Source: a virus
DNA length: 64,000 nt
Virus record (IMG/VR): IMGVR_UViG_3300009177_000033
Span: 6,893 to 70,892 of that record
Reading direction: 5' to 3' (one strand)
Numbering within the stretch: the first letter of the stretch is position 1; each line of letters opens with the position of its first letter. The notes under the pieces are model-generated. The model worked only from the letters and a program-made list of their open reading frames with translations, did not search any database and was not told where the DNA came from. Shown piece after piece: positions 1-8,351 of the stretch. A program made the translations under genes and the position numbers.

Positions 1-721
1 TGTCCATGATGGCCTTCATCGCGGCGATATTCGCGGCGTGCTTGGCCTCGTATGCGGAAATCTGTTCCGCAATAGTCCTCGGCATCGAACTCTCCTTTGT
101 TGCCAATTTGGCGGGGGTCTGAGGTTTGGCCCGAATCGCCGGGACACGTTTGATAACGCTAGGCAGAACAGGGACAGGCGCGTCCCAGTGTTTCTTCAAA
201 TTTGCGAGCGCTTCGCCACCCATCGCGGTAGCGATATCGAACGCCCGTATAGTCGTAATCGTAGCTTCCGCGTTTGCGGGAATCGTCACAAGCGAGAGCT
301 CATAGACTTCGCTTTTTTCAAAGCGCATCCCGCCTTCTTTCATGAAATTATATTCCAGCGGGACGAAACCGATGGAAACGGCTTTCACCAATCCCATCTT
401 CACGCTGTCCCAAGCTTCCAACAAACGCTCGCGCAGATTGCTCGATTCCGCGTCGTTTGGATCGGCCACTTGCGCTTCGAACGGAATGCCATCGTCCGTC
501 GCTTTGCCGAAACGAACCTCGCCTACCGGCTGTTCGTGATTGTGCTGCCAGAGCAGCGGCATTGGATTTTTGAAGATGACGCCCTTCGGCTCGACGATAT
601 CGCCCATCCGATCAGTCGTCGGCGTCGTCGCGATACCGGAGATTTTACGCAGCGTGGCATCGACCTTCTTCACGTTGAGGATCGAATACATACGATTTGC
701 GTTTTCGAGCGGCTTGTTCAT
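1..721 (-). CDS. Prohead protease (HK97/U35-like) fused in frame to major capsid protein; truncated by the window edge
   Basis: Manual translation from ATG 721 (GGAG upstream): MNKPLENANRMYSILNVKKVD...GIATTPTTDRMGDIVEPKG...PLLWQH...VSIGF...ELSLVTIPAN (HK97-type protease motifs). It continues without a stop into MPRTIAEQISAYEAK (ATG 85, own AAGGAG RBS). Not in the ORF track because it runs off the edge. Confidence 0.85.
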   Translation of the reverse strand, partial: MNKPLENANRMYSILNVKKVDATLRKISGIATTPTTDRMGDIVEPKGVIFKNPMPLLWQHNHEQPVGEVRFGKATDDGIPFEAQVADPNDAESSNLRERLLEAWDSVKMGLVKAVSIGFVPLEYNFMKEGGMRFEKSEVYELSLVTIPANAEATITTIRAFDIATAMGGEALANLKKHWDAPVPVLPSVIKRVPAIRAKPQTPAKLATKESSMPRTIAEQISAYEAKHAANIAAMKAIMD

Positions 722-743
722 CGTCCCTGTCTCCAATGTACAG

Positions 744-774
744 AAAGGTACCTTTAGGTACCTTTAGGTACCTA
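744..774. repeat. Three tandem 10-bp units, each containing palindromic GGTACC, between TerL stop and protease start
   Basis: aaaggtacctttaggtacctttaggtaccta read directly. Confidence 0.9.
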
Positions 775-2307
775 AACCACAAGAATCTTGTATTCGGTCG
801 TTTTCGGCTGAGCGCCCAAAGCAATCCCCGTTGCCATCGTCAGCGCGACCATCCCGTCAATCCGTCCGCGCGCCTTCGACTTATCCAGTTTCCTCGAGCC
901 CGCTGGATCGCGGGTTACTACCGCGTTGTTGGCACACATTGCCAGAACGGGGTGATTCGCGTGGCGCATTTTGCCAGCAAGTAGCAAAGCTTCCAATTGC
1001 AGCAGCGCGGGCGACATCGATTGGTAGCCCTGCCCGAACTCGATAAACGTCTCATCGATTGCCGATTCCGCCATGCCCTGGCGCACCAGCGCCGCGCGAA
1101 AATGGGCCCAATTCCAGCGATCAAATGCGATCTTGCGCAGCTTCGTCGTCTGCAAAAGGTTCATGATATAGCGGGCGATGTAATCGTATTCGATGGCCTT
1201 ACCCGGGGTAGTTTCCAACAGGCCATTTTGCCACCAGACGTCATAGGGCGCTCTGTCGTGCCGCGCCTTTTCCGCCAAACCGTCGAGCGGAAGCCAGAAA
1301 TTCGATTTGATCGACCATAGATCGCCGACCCTCGCCACCCGCTCCAAACACGTCAAATCGTTTACGGTGGATAAGTCCAGCCCGCCGTACGCTTCCAGTT
1401 GATCGAAATCCTCGGCAATCGCGCCAGCGTTCAAATCCCAGACCGCTTTCGAGATAAACGGATTGCTTTGCTCGACGCGCTGGTTCAGCACGAGATTTCG
1501 GTAAGCGGCCTCCGCGCTGGGCATACGCCGCGCACCTTCCGCCATCGCGAGGACTTCGGTCTCGTTGAGGAAATCCCCAAAGGCCGGATTGGCCGCTTTA
1601 ATCGCCTCGATAGAGAACGGGTCCAGATCCTTTGGAGCCGTGGCATATTCGAGGACCACCCGCTTATCTTCGCCCTTTATCGCGTCGTCGATGAGCTGCG
1701 ACAGCAGATCGTTATCGGTGGGCGCTTGCGTCGAGATAATCACGCTTAGCGGGTGCTCTTGCGCACCAGTCGCCGTTTCCATCGCTTCGTACAGCGCCGA
1801 TCTCGGACCGCGTACCTGCCCAAGCTCGTCGTGCACCATAAATGCTGGCGAAAGGCCGTGCGCCGTCGATACGTCCGCGCTCAAAGCGCGATAGAGCGTC
1901 CCGCGTTCTGGGCAGAAAAGCTGCTTTGCCGTATCGCGGATGACCACGCAGCCGCGTAGGTCAGCCGCGATCCGTACAATTTTCGCTGCGAGAGCGAAAA
2001 TTACTGCCGCCTGTTCCTTGCTCTGGGCGGTCGAGAATAGCTGGGCGTTTGGAACGCTTTCCGGCCCGACGAGATGCAGCAGAAGCAGAAACGCGGCAAA
2101 AGTGGTCTTGGCGTTCTTTCGACCGACGCTGAGGATCGCGGTTCGCGTTCCGTGCGGATTGCCATAGATCGCTTTGATCCAAGCTTTCTGAAATGGCCTA
2201 AGCCGTACGGCCTTGCCGATATCCTTGCCCTCAGGGATGCGGCAGTAGCGCTCGATCCAGCGGATATTGCGGGCGACGCGCTGGGCTGGGCTGAGCGGTT
2301 TCTTCAT
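772..2307 (-). CDS. terL: Terminase large subunit
   Basis: LRPFQ Q-motif, Walker A-like VGRKNAKT, Walker B VHDELG, VIISTQ coupling motif, nuclease GLDLS and RIDGMVAL. Probable start MKKPLS at 2307 overlaps the upstream stop. Confidence 0.95.
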   Translation of the reverse strand: MKKPLSPAQRVARNIRWIERYCRIPEGKDIGKAVRLRPFQKAWIKAIYGNPHGTRTAILSVGRKNAKTTFAAFLLLLHLVGPESVPNAQLFSTAQSKEQAAVIFALAAKIVRIAADLRGCVVIRDTAKQLFCPERGTLYRALSADVSTAHGLSPAFMVHDELGQVRGPRSALYEAMETATGAQEHPLSVIISTQAPTDNDLLSQLIDDAIKGEDKRVVLEYATAPKDLDPFSIEAIKAANPAFGDFLNETEVLAMAEGARRMPSAEAAYRNLVLNQRVEQSNPFISKAVWDLNAGAIAEDFDQLEAYGGLDLSTVNDLTCLERVARVGDLWSIKSNFWLPLDGLAEKARHDRAPYDVWWQNGLLETTPGKAIEYDYIARYIMNLLQTTKLRKIAFDRWNWAHFRAALVRQGMAESAIDETFIEFGQGYQSMSPALLQLEALLLAGKMRHANHPVLAMCANNAVVTRDPAGSRKLDKSKARGRIDGMVALTMATGIALGAQPKTTEYKILVV

Positions 2308-2492
2308 GCCCCGTAAACCGTCGCGACGAGCGCGATCAAAGCGCCCACCCATACCGCGATAATCAGCAGCCGAGATAGCGGATCGAGCTTTACCCACCAA
2401 TGCAGCGGCGGCGGCTCGCGCCAGTAACGATCAGCAACCCGGGTTGATCTTACCCCTAGCGCCTTTTCCAGATTGGCGACGGTAAGCGCCAT
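2304..2492 (-). CDS. Small membrane protein between TerS and TerL
   Basis: 62 aa with a C-terminal hydrophobic helix; abuts both neighbours. Confidence 0.6.
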   Translation of the reverse strand: MALTVANLEKALGVRSTRVADRYWREPPPLHWWVKLDPLSRLLIIAVWVGALIALVATVYGA

Positions 2493-2999
2493 CTAGTCCT
2501 CTTCCCAAGGACGGACCTTTGACGTATTTCGCGAGGCAGTGGCAGCGGCGGCAGGCGTATAGCGGCTTTGGTTGGTTAAGCGCAGTCGCGTCGCCAATTT
2601 CGAATAATTGCTGGTCTCGTTTCCACGCGATTTGATCAGGGCGTTATATCTCTTGAACCCTTCGCCGTTTTTGATCCACTCGTTCTTGAACTGATAGAGA
2701 ACGGCGTTTAACCGATCGATCTCCGCGCGGTGACCTACCAAGTCGAGCAACATTTCCTGGGTTGCTTGGCTTTGGAAGAAATCAACGGGTTCAGACGCGA
2801 CAATCTGCTTCCAAATCTTCTTGTGCGTGGTGGGTAGATATTCGGGCGGGTCTGGGCGTTTGGCAGCGCCAGCAAAACCCCCGTCGATAACGTTCAGCTT
2901 GTCGTCTTTTTGCGGGCGGCCACGTTTGCGATAACGCGGTGGTGTATCGACGGCATCCGTTCCCGTCATGGCCTCTGTTTCGTTTTTGTCACTATCCAT
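2493..2999 (-). CDS. terS: Terminase small subunit (P27-like)
   Basis: RGRP...PDPPEYL...KIWKQIV...LRLTNQSR pattern; lies upstream of TerL. Confidence 0.8.
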   Translation of the reverse strand: MDSDKNETEAMTGTDAVDTPPRYRKRGRPQKDDKLNVIDGGFAGAAKRPDPPEYLPTTHKKIWKQIVASEPVDFFQSQATQEMLLDLVGHRAEIDRLNAVLYQFKNEWIKNGEGFKRYNALIKSRGNETSNYSKLATRLRLTNQSRYTPAAAATASRNTSKVRPWEED

Positions 3000-3009
3000 T
3001 TTCGGCCCT

Positions 3010-3115
3010 GTTACGATTTAATGCGCAAAAAGCGCTCGACGCTCTTTGATCGACGCTTAAATCGTATGTTTTCATGCCCCCCGGTGGTCTTTCTCAATGA
3101 TTATTAGGTTTTTTC
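3010..3115. other. Candidate cos/packaging-site region
   Basis: Non-coding gap just upstream of terS with a G6 run on the minus strand, in an HNH-terS-terL layout typical of cos phages; exact site not determinable. Confidence 0.35.
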
Positions 3116-3118
3116 AAT

Positions 3119-3328
3119 TTACGCAATTGCATCGATAGCGAGAACACGGCGAGCTTCCTTATTGACTGCATCTCGAATGAATTGCGCCGTTCGTAGTCCT
3201 ACATGGCTAGCTGCCATCTGGATTGCGCGGTGCTCGCTGGCACGAACGCGAAAGGCCAGTAGTGGCTTGATAGCGCCACGCTTATGCGACGGTGGTATTG
3301 CCTCTCGATATGTCGAGCAGTTCGCCAT
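3119..3328 (-). CDS. Small ribbon-helix-helix-like DNA-binding protein
   Basis: LLAFRV-x-EHRAIQMAASHVG-x-TAQFIRDAV strand-helix-helix pattern. Confidence 0.5.
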   Translation of the reverse strand: MANCSTYREAIPPSHKRGAIKPLLAFRVRASEHRAIQMAASHVGLRTAQFIRDAVNKEARRVLAIDAIA

Positions 3329-3572
3329 TACTGCCGACGCTCGTTGTCGTTCGTATCGAGAGGGTGGGGCGTGACGAATAGATATCCCTGAGGATCGAGC
3401 ATGCCAGCAATAACGATAACTGTGCCTTGCCAGCCACCGGCTCTTAGATTGGAGCAGAATATCTTAAAGCCCAACACTGGGGCATTCCCTTAATGAGCGT
3501 GCGTAAGCAGATAGGCGAACACAATCACCAGAACGACAAGAGAGATCGCAAGCGGCATAGGCCACTCGCTAT

Positions 3573-3767
3573 TCATGGGCGCTCGCGCCTTCCTTCCGCC
3601 TTACCTTCTGCAAAGCGGGCCTCGCCTGTCGTCTTAACGAGAGCATCCTTCATGCTATTGGTGGCGATCTCGACTTGCTCTGTCAATCTGAGCGTACGGT
3701 AAGCCACAACAACAGTTACCAGATTCATGAGCGCAACTAGGCCAAGTAGCAATGTGTTTAGATCCAT
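3573..3767 (-). CDS. Small membrane protein
   Basis: N-terminal TM helix; RBS-like GAGG upstream. Confidence 0.55.
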   Translation of the reverse strand: MDLNTLLLGLVALMNLVTVVVAYRTLRLTEQVEIATNSMKDALVKTTGEARFAEGKAEGRRERP

Positions 3768-3777
3768 TTGCGCTACC

Positions 3778-4083
3778 TCATACCGGCCAACCGTCTAAGC
3801 CGATGCGGGGCTTAACCGGTTTGCCGGATCGCTCGACGCTGGCAGTATGTTGGTCGTGGCATTCCTTGCAGAGGCTTTCGAGCGGCGAATTGTTGAACTT
3901 CATCCAGTCGCCTCGATGTGGCTCGACGTGATGGACAACTTTCGCTGGCTTAACGATGCCTAATTGCAGGCATTTTTGGCAAAGCGGATGATCTTTTAAC
4001 TGCCTAAGCCGAAGCATTCGCCATTGCAGGGAATTATACATCCATTGCCATGGCGGTTTTTTCACAGCCAAACCCATGCCCAA
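3778..4083 (-). CDS. HNH endonuclease (HK97 gp74-like terminase accessory); true start probably ~4065
   Basis: PLCQKC...VVHHVEPHRGD...LESLCKECHDQHT...IGLDGWP; upstream of terS. Confidence 0.9.
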   Translation of the reverse strand: MGMGLAVKKPPWQWMYNSLQWRMLRLRQLKDHPLCQKCLQLGIVKPAKVVHHVEPHRGDWMKFNNSPLESLCKECHDQHTASVERSGKPVKPRIGLDGWPV

Positions 4084-4228
4084 ACACAGAACACCATGAT
4101 CGTCAGTGCCAATAGCACGACATCTTCTCCGGAAGGCTCGAACTGAATTTGCGGCATTTGTGGTCCATCGGTTTTACCGTTTATGGGTTACCACTGACCG
4201 ATTCGTCTGTGTCTTTCGACATACGAGA

Positions 4229-4245
4229 CAACGGCTACCGCACTG
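4229..4245 (-). promoter_or_regulatory. ops/JUMPstart-like element directly downstream of the NusG/RfaH-like gene
   Basis: Minus strand reads CAGTGCGGTAGCCGTTG, compared with the ops core GGCGGTAG; flanked by hairpins. Confidence 0.4.
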
Positions 4246-4273
4246 GCGGGCGATTCCCGCATATTGTGGAGGA

Positions 4274-4777
4274 TTAAATTTTCTCCACCGCATGTAGTGG
4301 CGCTTTTACCCGCGTCTCGCGTCCGAGTAAATGCAGCAGCAATTCGATGCGCTCGCCACGTGTGAATATCACCTTGCCAATGGCGTCTGCCGCAGTGCCA
4401 AATTTGATCCGGACCTTATCGCCGCGGCGAATTAAATCGTCGCGCGCAATGATTAATTCTCCTGATTTTTCACGGCGTTGGATGGCTTCGACCTCTCCAA
4501 CGGGCAGCGGCGCGGGTATTCCATTTTCGCCAGTCATTATCAGCGAGACGATTCCGCGCGTGCTGTTGATGGCACGCCAGCTTGCGTCCGCCAGGGCGAA
4601 TTTAATCAGAACATAGCCGGGGAAAATCGGCTCACTCGTCGAGATGATTCGCCTACGGATCGTGCGCTTGATCTCGACGTGCGGGGAATACGCTTCGAAT
4701 TGCTGGCGAGCCAGATTGCGCAGCGCCAAGTTTTCCTGCCGGGATTTCGTTCTGGCGGCGTACCAGCGCGGGACCAT
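4274..4777 (-). CDS. NusG/RfaH-family transcription antiterminator
   Basis: WYAARTKSRQE, PIFPGYVLIKF, INSTRGIVSLI (NGN domain) and GDKVRIKFG...LLGRET (KOW domain). Confidence 0.9.
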   Translation of the reverse strand: MVPRWYAARTKSRQENLALRNLARQQFEAYSPHVEIKRTIRRRIISTSEPIFPGYVLIKFALADASWRAINSTRGIVSLIMTGENGIPAPLPVGEVEAIQRREKSGELIIARDDLIRRGDKVRIKFGTAADAIGKVIFTRGERIELLLHLLGRETRVKAPLHAVEKI

Positions 4778-5094
4778 GGGGATTCGCGTTTTTGCCCGAT
4801 TCCTACGTCGAGCAGCGATATACCAGTTTTTAACCCTTAAAACCGCTTGGCGCTGTAGGCGATAATTATCGCCTTTTTCGCTTGGCGGGGGTACGGCAAA
4901 CCCCTAAAATATCGATACAAATTGGGACTGGGAATAAGCCGAAGGTGGCCAATAAATAGTGGCCTTAAGGTGGGACCAAGAAGTTCTCGCGCGCTCCCAG
5001 TAGCGATAAGAAAATAAAAAGCTCTACGAAATGGGAAAAAATAGGCCGCTTCCAAAACGGCCCGGCGTCCAAAGCCGTCGCGAGAACGCGAAGA

Positions 5095-5140
5095 AAGAAA
5101 AACGAGACGCACGCATAGCAACGTCGCGTCTCTTTTTCTT
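5095..5140. promoter_or_regulatory. Imperfect inverted repeat in the divergent late/early control region
   Basis: AAGAAAAACGAGACGC ... GCGTCTCTTTTTCTT. Confidence 0.4.
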
Positions 5141-5234
5141 GAGCTTCGATGGGGCGCTTAACGGCGCTCTATCGAAGTTCAAGAGGAACTTCGCCCAACG
5201 CGCAACGCTCTGGGCAACACCTAGGAGATAGAAA

Positions 5235-5402
5235 ATGAAAATGGTTCATCGCTGCATCGAGTGTGGCCAATCATTCAAAAATAACTCGTCGTTCAACGCG
5301 CACGAGTGCGTTACGTCAATCGAGAATTTGCCGATGGATGAACTTCTCCGACGCTACGAAGAACAGCGGAAACTTCCGCGCTCTACAACGACCAAACAGT
5401 AA
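5235..5402 (+). CDS. 55-aa C2H2/C2HC-like zinc-finger protein
   Basis: AGGAG RBS; manual translation MKMVHRCIECGQSFKNNSSFNAHECVTS...; below the ORF-track size cut-off. Confidence 0.6.
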   Translation: MKMVHRCIECGQSFKNNSSFNAHECVTSIENLPMDELLRRYEEQRKLPRSTTTKQ

Positions 5403-5467
5403 AACTTCCTTTTTTTCCCCCGCAAACGTTCGCAACGAACGTTTCGAAACCGATGGGAGCAATTCCA

Positions 5468-5629
5468 ATGAAAATCGCAGCCTTTATCGCAGCGCTTCGC
5501 CTTAAAAAGATTTTGGCCGAACGTCGTTACGAAAACGAAAATCAATCGCGCGTCCAAGAGCGTATTGCCGATTACGGCGACAACGGAACGGAAGCGCAGT
5601 TTTATCTTCTCACTGACAACTTTCGCTAA
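5468..5629 (+). CDS. Hypothetical protein (53 aa)
   Basis: Preceded by the AAACCGATGGGAG motif variant; manual translation MKIAAFIAALRLKK... Confidence 0.55.
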   Translation: MKIAAFIAALRLKKILAERRYENENQSRVQERIADYGDNGTEAQFYLLTDNFR

Positions 5630-5642
5630 GCGGAGAACGAAG

Positions 5643-5879
5643 ATGCAAAAGCACAAAGCAACTTTCGTTTACGTCAACGGTGGCGACGAGTTCGACGACG
5701 ATTACGAGCTTCGGATCGGCGGACGCAAAACGTTTTTCGCCGTTCAAATCACTGGGCGCACTTTTTCGCCATATCGCTTCGATGGGCAAGCGCTCGACTA
5801 TTTCGGAGAATACTCAACGCTCGACGCTGCCAAGGCGGCAACCGTTAAGCAATATCTTCTCGAAAAACTGGAGAAATAA
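5643..5879 (+). CDS. Hypothetical protein
   Basis: GGAG RBS; tightly packed operon. Confidence 0.6.
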   Translation: MQKHKATFVYVNGGDEFDDDYELRIGGRKTFFAVQITGRTFSPYRFDGQALDYFGEYSTLDAAKAATVKQYLLEKLEK

Positions 5880-5880
5880 A

Positions 5881-6087
5881 ATGGCACGCAAACCGAAAGG
5901 CTTTCGCACCGGACACGACGACAGCTTAGCTTGCCCGCATCGTGACGTTTCGGTTTGCCGAAAGTGCGCGACGCAATATGCCGAGATCGTCGAGGTATAC
6001 GGGCGGCATTACTGGATCGCCGACGTTGCCGAACGTCGCGCGTTATTTACCGAGCGAAAAACGGACGGCGACTTTAAGTGCATCTGA
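5881..6087 (+). CDS. Cys/His-containing hypothetical protein
   Basis: GGAG RBS; CPH...CRKC. Confidence 0.55.
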   Translation: MARKPKGFRTGHDDSLACPHRDVSVCRKCATQYAEIVEVYGRHYWIADVAERRALFTERKTDGDFKCI

Positions 6088-6095
6088 AAATCTCT

Positions 6096-6108
6096 AAACC
6101 GATGGAGA
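6096..6108 (+). promoter_or_regulatory. Start-associated motif AAACCGATGGAGA (representative copy)
   Basis: Exact copies at 6096, 6712, 8333, 10111, 11554 and 29757, each 5-9 nt before an ATG. Confidence 0.85.
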
Positions 6109-6115
6109 AACGAAA

Positions 6116-6406
6116 ATGACAACGCTCTTGCAGACTATCAAGCAAACCGTATCTGCCGACTCGATCTATCGACAAAAGGATGGGACGATCATTTTCCGCC
6201 GTGGTTATTTCTATCGCCACGGCATGACGCCAGAAGCATTCCGTGATGGCATTTCGACGAAACTTAAGAAAGCTGGCATCGATCATACCGTCGTCGATTA
6301 CGGCGATCACTGGACGCCATTTAACGGCGGCGCTTCGCTTTCGCGCTCGTCGCATTTCTACGTTCGCATCGCCGTCGAGACAGTTAAAGTCGGCGAACAA
6401 TTTTGA
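6116..6406 (+). CDS. Hypothetical protein
   Basis: Motif/RBS upstream; 96 aa. Confidence 0.7.
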   Translation: MTTLLQTIKQTVSADSIYRQKDGTIIFRRGYFYRHGMTPEAFRDGISTKLKKAGIDHTVVDYGDHWTPFNGGASLSRSSHFYVRIAVETVKVGEQF

Positions 6407-6482
6407 AAACGAACTTTATTGCCGCGCGCAAATGCGCGGCGTTTGGCAATTTTGCCGTTCATATCAGATTAAGGATTGAGAC

Positions 6483-6665
6483 ATGCCAAACGAAGTCAGC
6501 CTAGCAATCGGTCGCATCCTTCGGATCGCTTCGCGCCCTACCCAAGATGGCGATATTGCCGAATATGAGCGGTGCCGATCCATTATCATGAATAGCTGCC
6601 AGCCCCGGCCGCACTATGAGCCGAATTGGGTTCGTGATCGCCTCAAGGGCGCACAAGGCGATTGA
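6483..6665 (+). CDS. Hypothetical protein
   Basis: AAGGA upstream; fills the operon gap. Confidence 0.5.
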   Translation: MPNEVSLAIGRILRIASRPTQDGDIAEYERCRSIIMNSCQPRPHYEPNWVRDRLKGAQGD

Positions 6666-6729
6666 AGCGTTTATCCCCTACAAAAATCGAAACTTAGTTT
6701 TTGCGCAACGCAAACCGATGGAGACTACG

Positions 6730-8298
6730 ATGACGAAAAGTCAAAACGAAGCGAACAATCTCTGCGCTCACTTCAAAGCTCGTTCGAAGCTTATTTGGAT
6801 CGTCTCGCGCGAAGAGGCGAGAGTCGAGCAATACGTTTTCGAGGCAGCGGCAGCGGCGAAATATATCGCGCGTTGCTGGGATGCCGCGCAAGGCGTTACA
6901 GATATCAATGGCGAACTCGCTCGGATCGGCGATACCGACGCAAGCGCGACGCTGGCGGCGATCAGCGAACGGGGCAAAGCCGAGACTGGCAAGGAACGTG
7001 GCGTTTGGATCATGCGCGATCTTCCGCCGTGGCTACAAGGCCCGCTTGGCGTTCCCGTTATTCGCCAGTTGCGCAACTTCGCGCGAACCGTAGAGCCGCG
7101 CGATACTGCCCAGTCCATCGTTATTATTTCCCCAAATGGCGACGTTCCGCCCGAGCTGTCGAACCATACGACAGTTATTGAATGGCCGTTGCCCGACCGG
7201 GACGAGATCGCCGATCTCATCGACGCGCTCATCGAGGAATACGATCTCAAAGACGTTGTTAAAAACGGCCAGCGCGATTCCGCAATCGACGCTGCAATCG
7301 GACTAAGCGGCGAGGAAGCGCAAGCTTGTTACGCTCGCTCGCTCGTTCAAATGAAGACAATCGATCCCGGCACTGTCGCGAAAGAGAAAAAGCGCGTCAT
7401 TGCCCGCGAGCGGATTTTGGAATGGTTCGATCCGATTCCTGGCGGCCTAGATGCCGTTGGCGGTTTGGAAAATCTCAAGACTTGGCTGAAAGGCCGCTCG
7501 TTTGCCTATACGGCCAAAGCTCGCGAATATGGTTTGCCGCGTCCCAAGGGGACAATGCTCGTCGGTATCTCCGGCTGCGGCAAATCGCTAACCGCCAAGT
7601 CGATTGCCACCGCGTGGAATTGCCCGCTCATTCGTGTCGATCTTGGAGCGCTCAAAAGCAAGTTCGTCGGCGAAAGCGAAGCGAATTTGCGTAAAGCGTT
7701 TGCCATCATCGAGGCATTGGGCTTCTGCGTCGTCTGGTTCGACGAGGTAGAGAAAGCGTTGCAAGGCGCGACGAGCGGCAGCGCGGACGGCGGCGTATCT
7801 GCCGACGCGATGGGCGCGGTACTAACGTGGATGCAAGAGCGCAAGAGCGATGCCTTTATAATCATGACGGCAAACGACGTAACGCAATTGCCTCCTGAAT
7901 TTCTCCGCAAAGGCCGTTTCGATGAGGTTTGGTGGGTCGATCTACCGAACCAGACAGAGCGCGGCGACGTTCTCCGCGCAGCGCTCAAAGCTCACGGGCG
8001 AGATAAAGTGGAGATCAATCGCACCGCAGTCGCCAAAGCGACGGAAGGTTTCACTGGCTCTGAAATCGCAGCGATAGTCCCAGACGCGCTCTATATCGCG
8101 TTTGCCGACAACGCTCGCGAGATCACGACAGAGGACCTTATCGCCGCAGCGAATACGGTCGTTCCGCTCGCTCGTACGGCAAAAGAGAAAATCGACTCGA
8201 TGCGTAAATGGGCAAACGGTCGCGCTCGCTTCGCTACGCGAGTCGAGATCGAAATACCGAACACGACAAAGGCGGCTCGGGCGCTCGATATCGCCTGA
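6730..8298 (+). CDS. Ycf46/SpoVK-like AAA+ ATPase
   Basis: Degenerate N-terminal AAA domain, VGGLENLKTWL, Walker A GISGCGKS, Walker B VWFDEVEK, TAN sensor, LPPEFLRKGRFD Arg finger, GFTGSEI. Confidence 0.9.
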   Translation: MTKSQNEANNLCAHFKARSKLIWIVSREEARVEQYVFEAAAAAKYIARCWDAAQGVTDINGELARIGDTDASATLAAISERGKAETGKERGVWIMRDLPPWLQGPLGVPVIRQLRNFARTVEPRDTAQSIVIISPNGDVPPELSNHTTVIEWPLPDRDEIADLIDALIEEYDLKDVVKNGQRDSAIDAAIGLSGEEAQACYARSLVQMKTIDPGTVAKEKKRVIARERILEWFDPIPGGLDAVGGLENLKTWLKGRSFAYTAKAREYGLPRPKGTMLVGISGCGKSLTAKSIATAWNCPLIRVDLGALKSKFVGESEANLRKAFAIIEALGFCVVWFDEVEKALQGATSGSADGGVSADAMGAVLTWMQERKSDAFIIMTANDVTQLPPEFLRKGRFDEVWWVDLPNQTERGDVLRAALKAHGRDKVEINRTAVAKATEGFTGSEIAAIVPDALYIAFADNAREITTEDLIAAANTVVPLARTAKEKIDSMRKWANGRARFATRVEIEIPNTTKAARALDIA

Positions 8299-8351
8299 CT
8301 CGATCTGACTCACTTCGATTCAAACCGATTCAAAACCGATGGAGACTAAAA

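Noticed and set aside
38-757. 239-aa plus-strand ORF in the track
   Set aside because: Antisense shadow of the minus-strand protease-capsid gene, which carries the recognisable motifs.
4780-5230. Possible tRNA/ncRNA in the large intergenic region
   Set aside because: No cloverleaf or T-loop consensus found by eye; only isolated hairpins.
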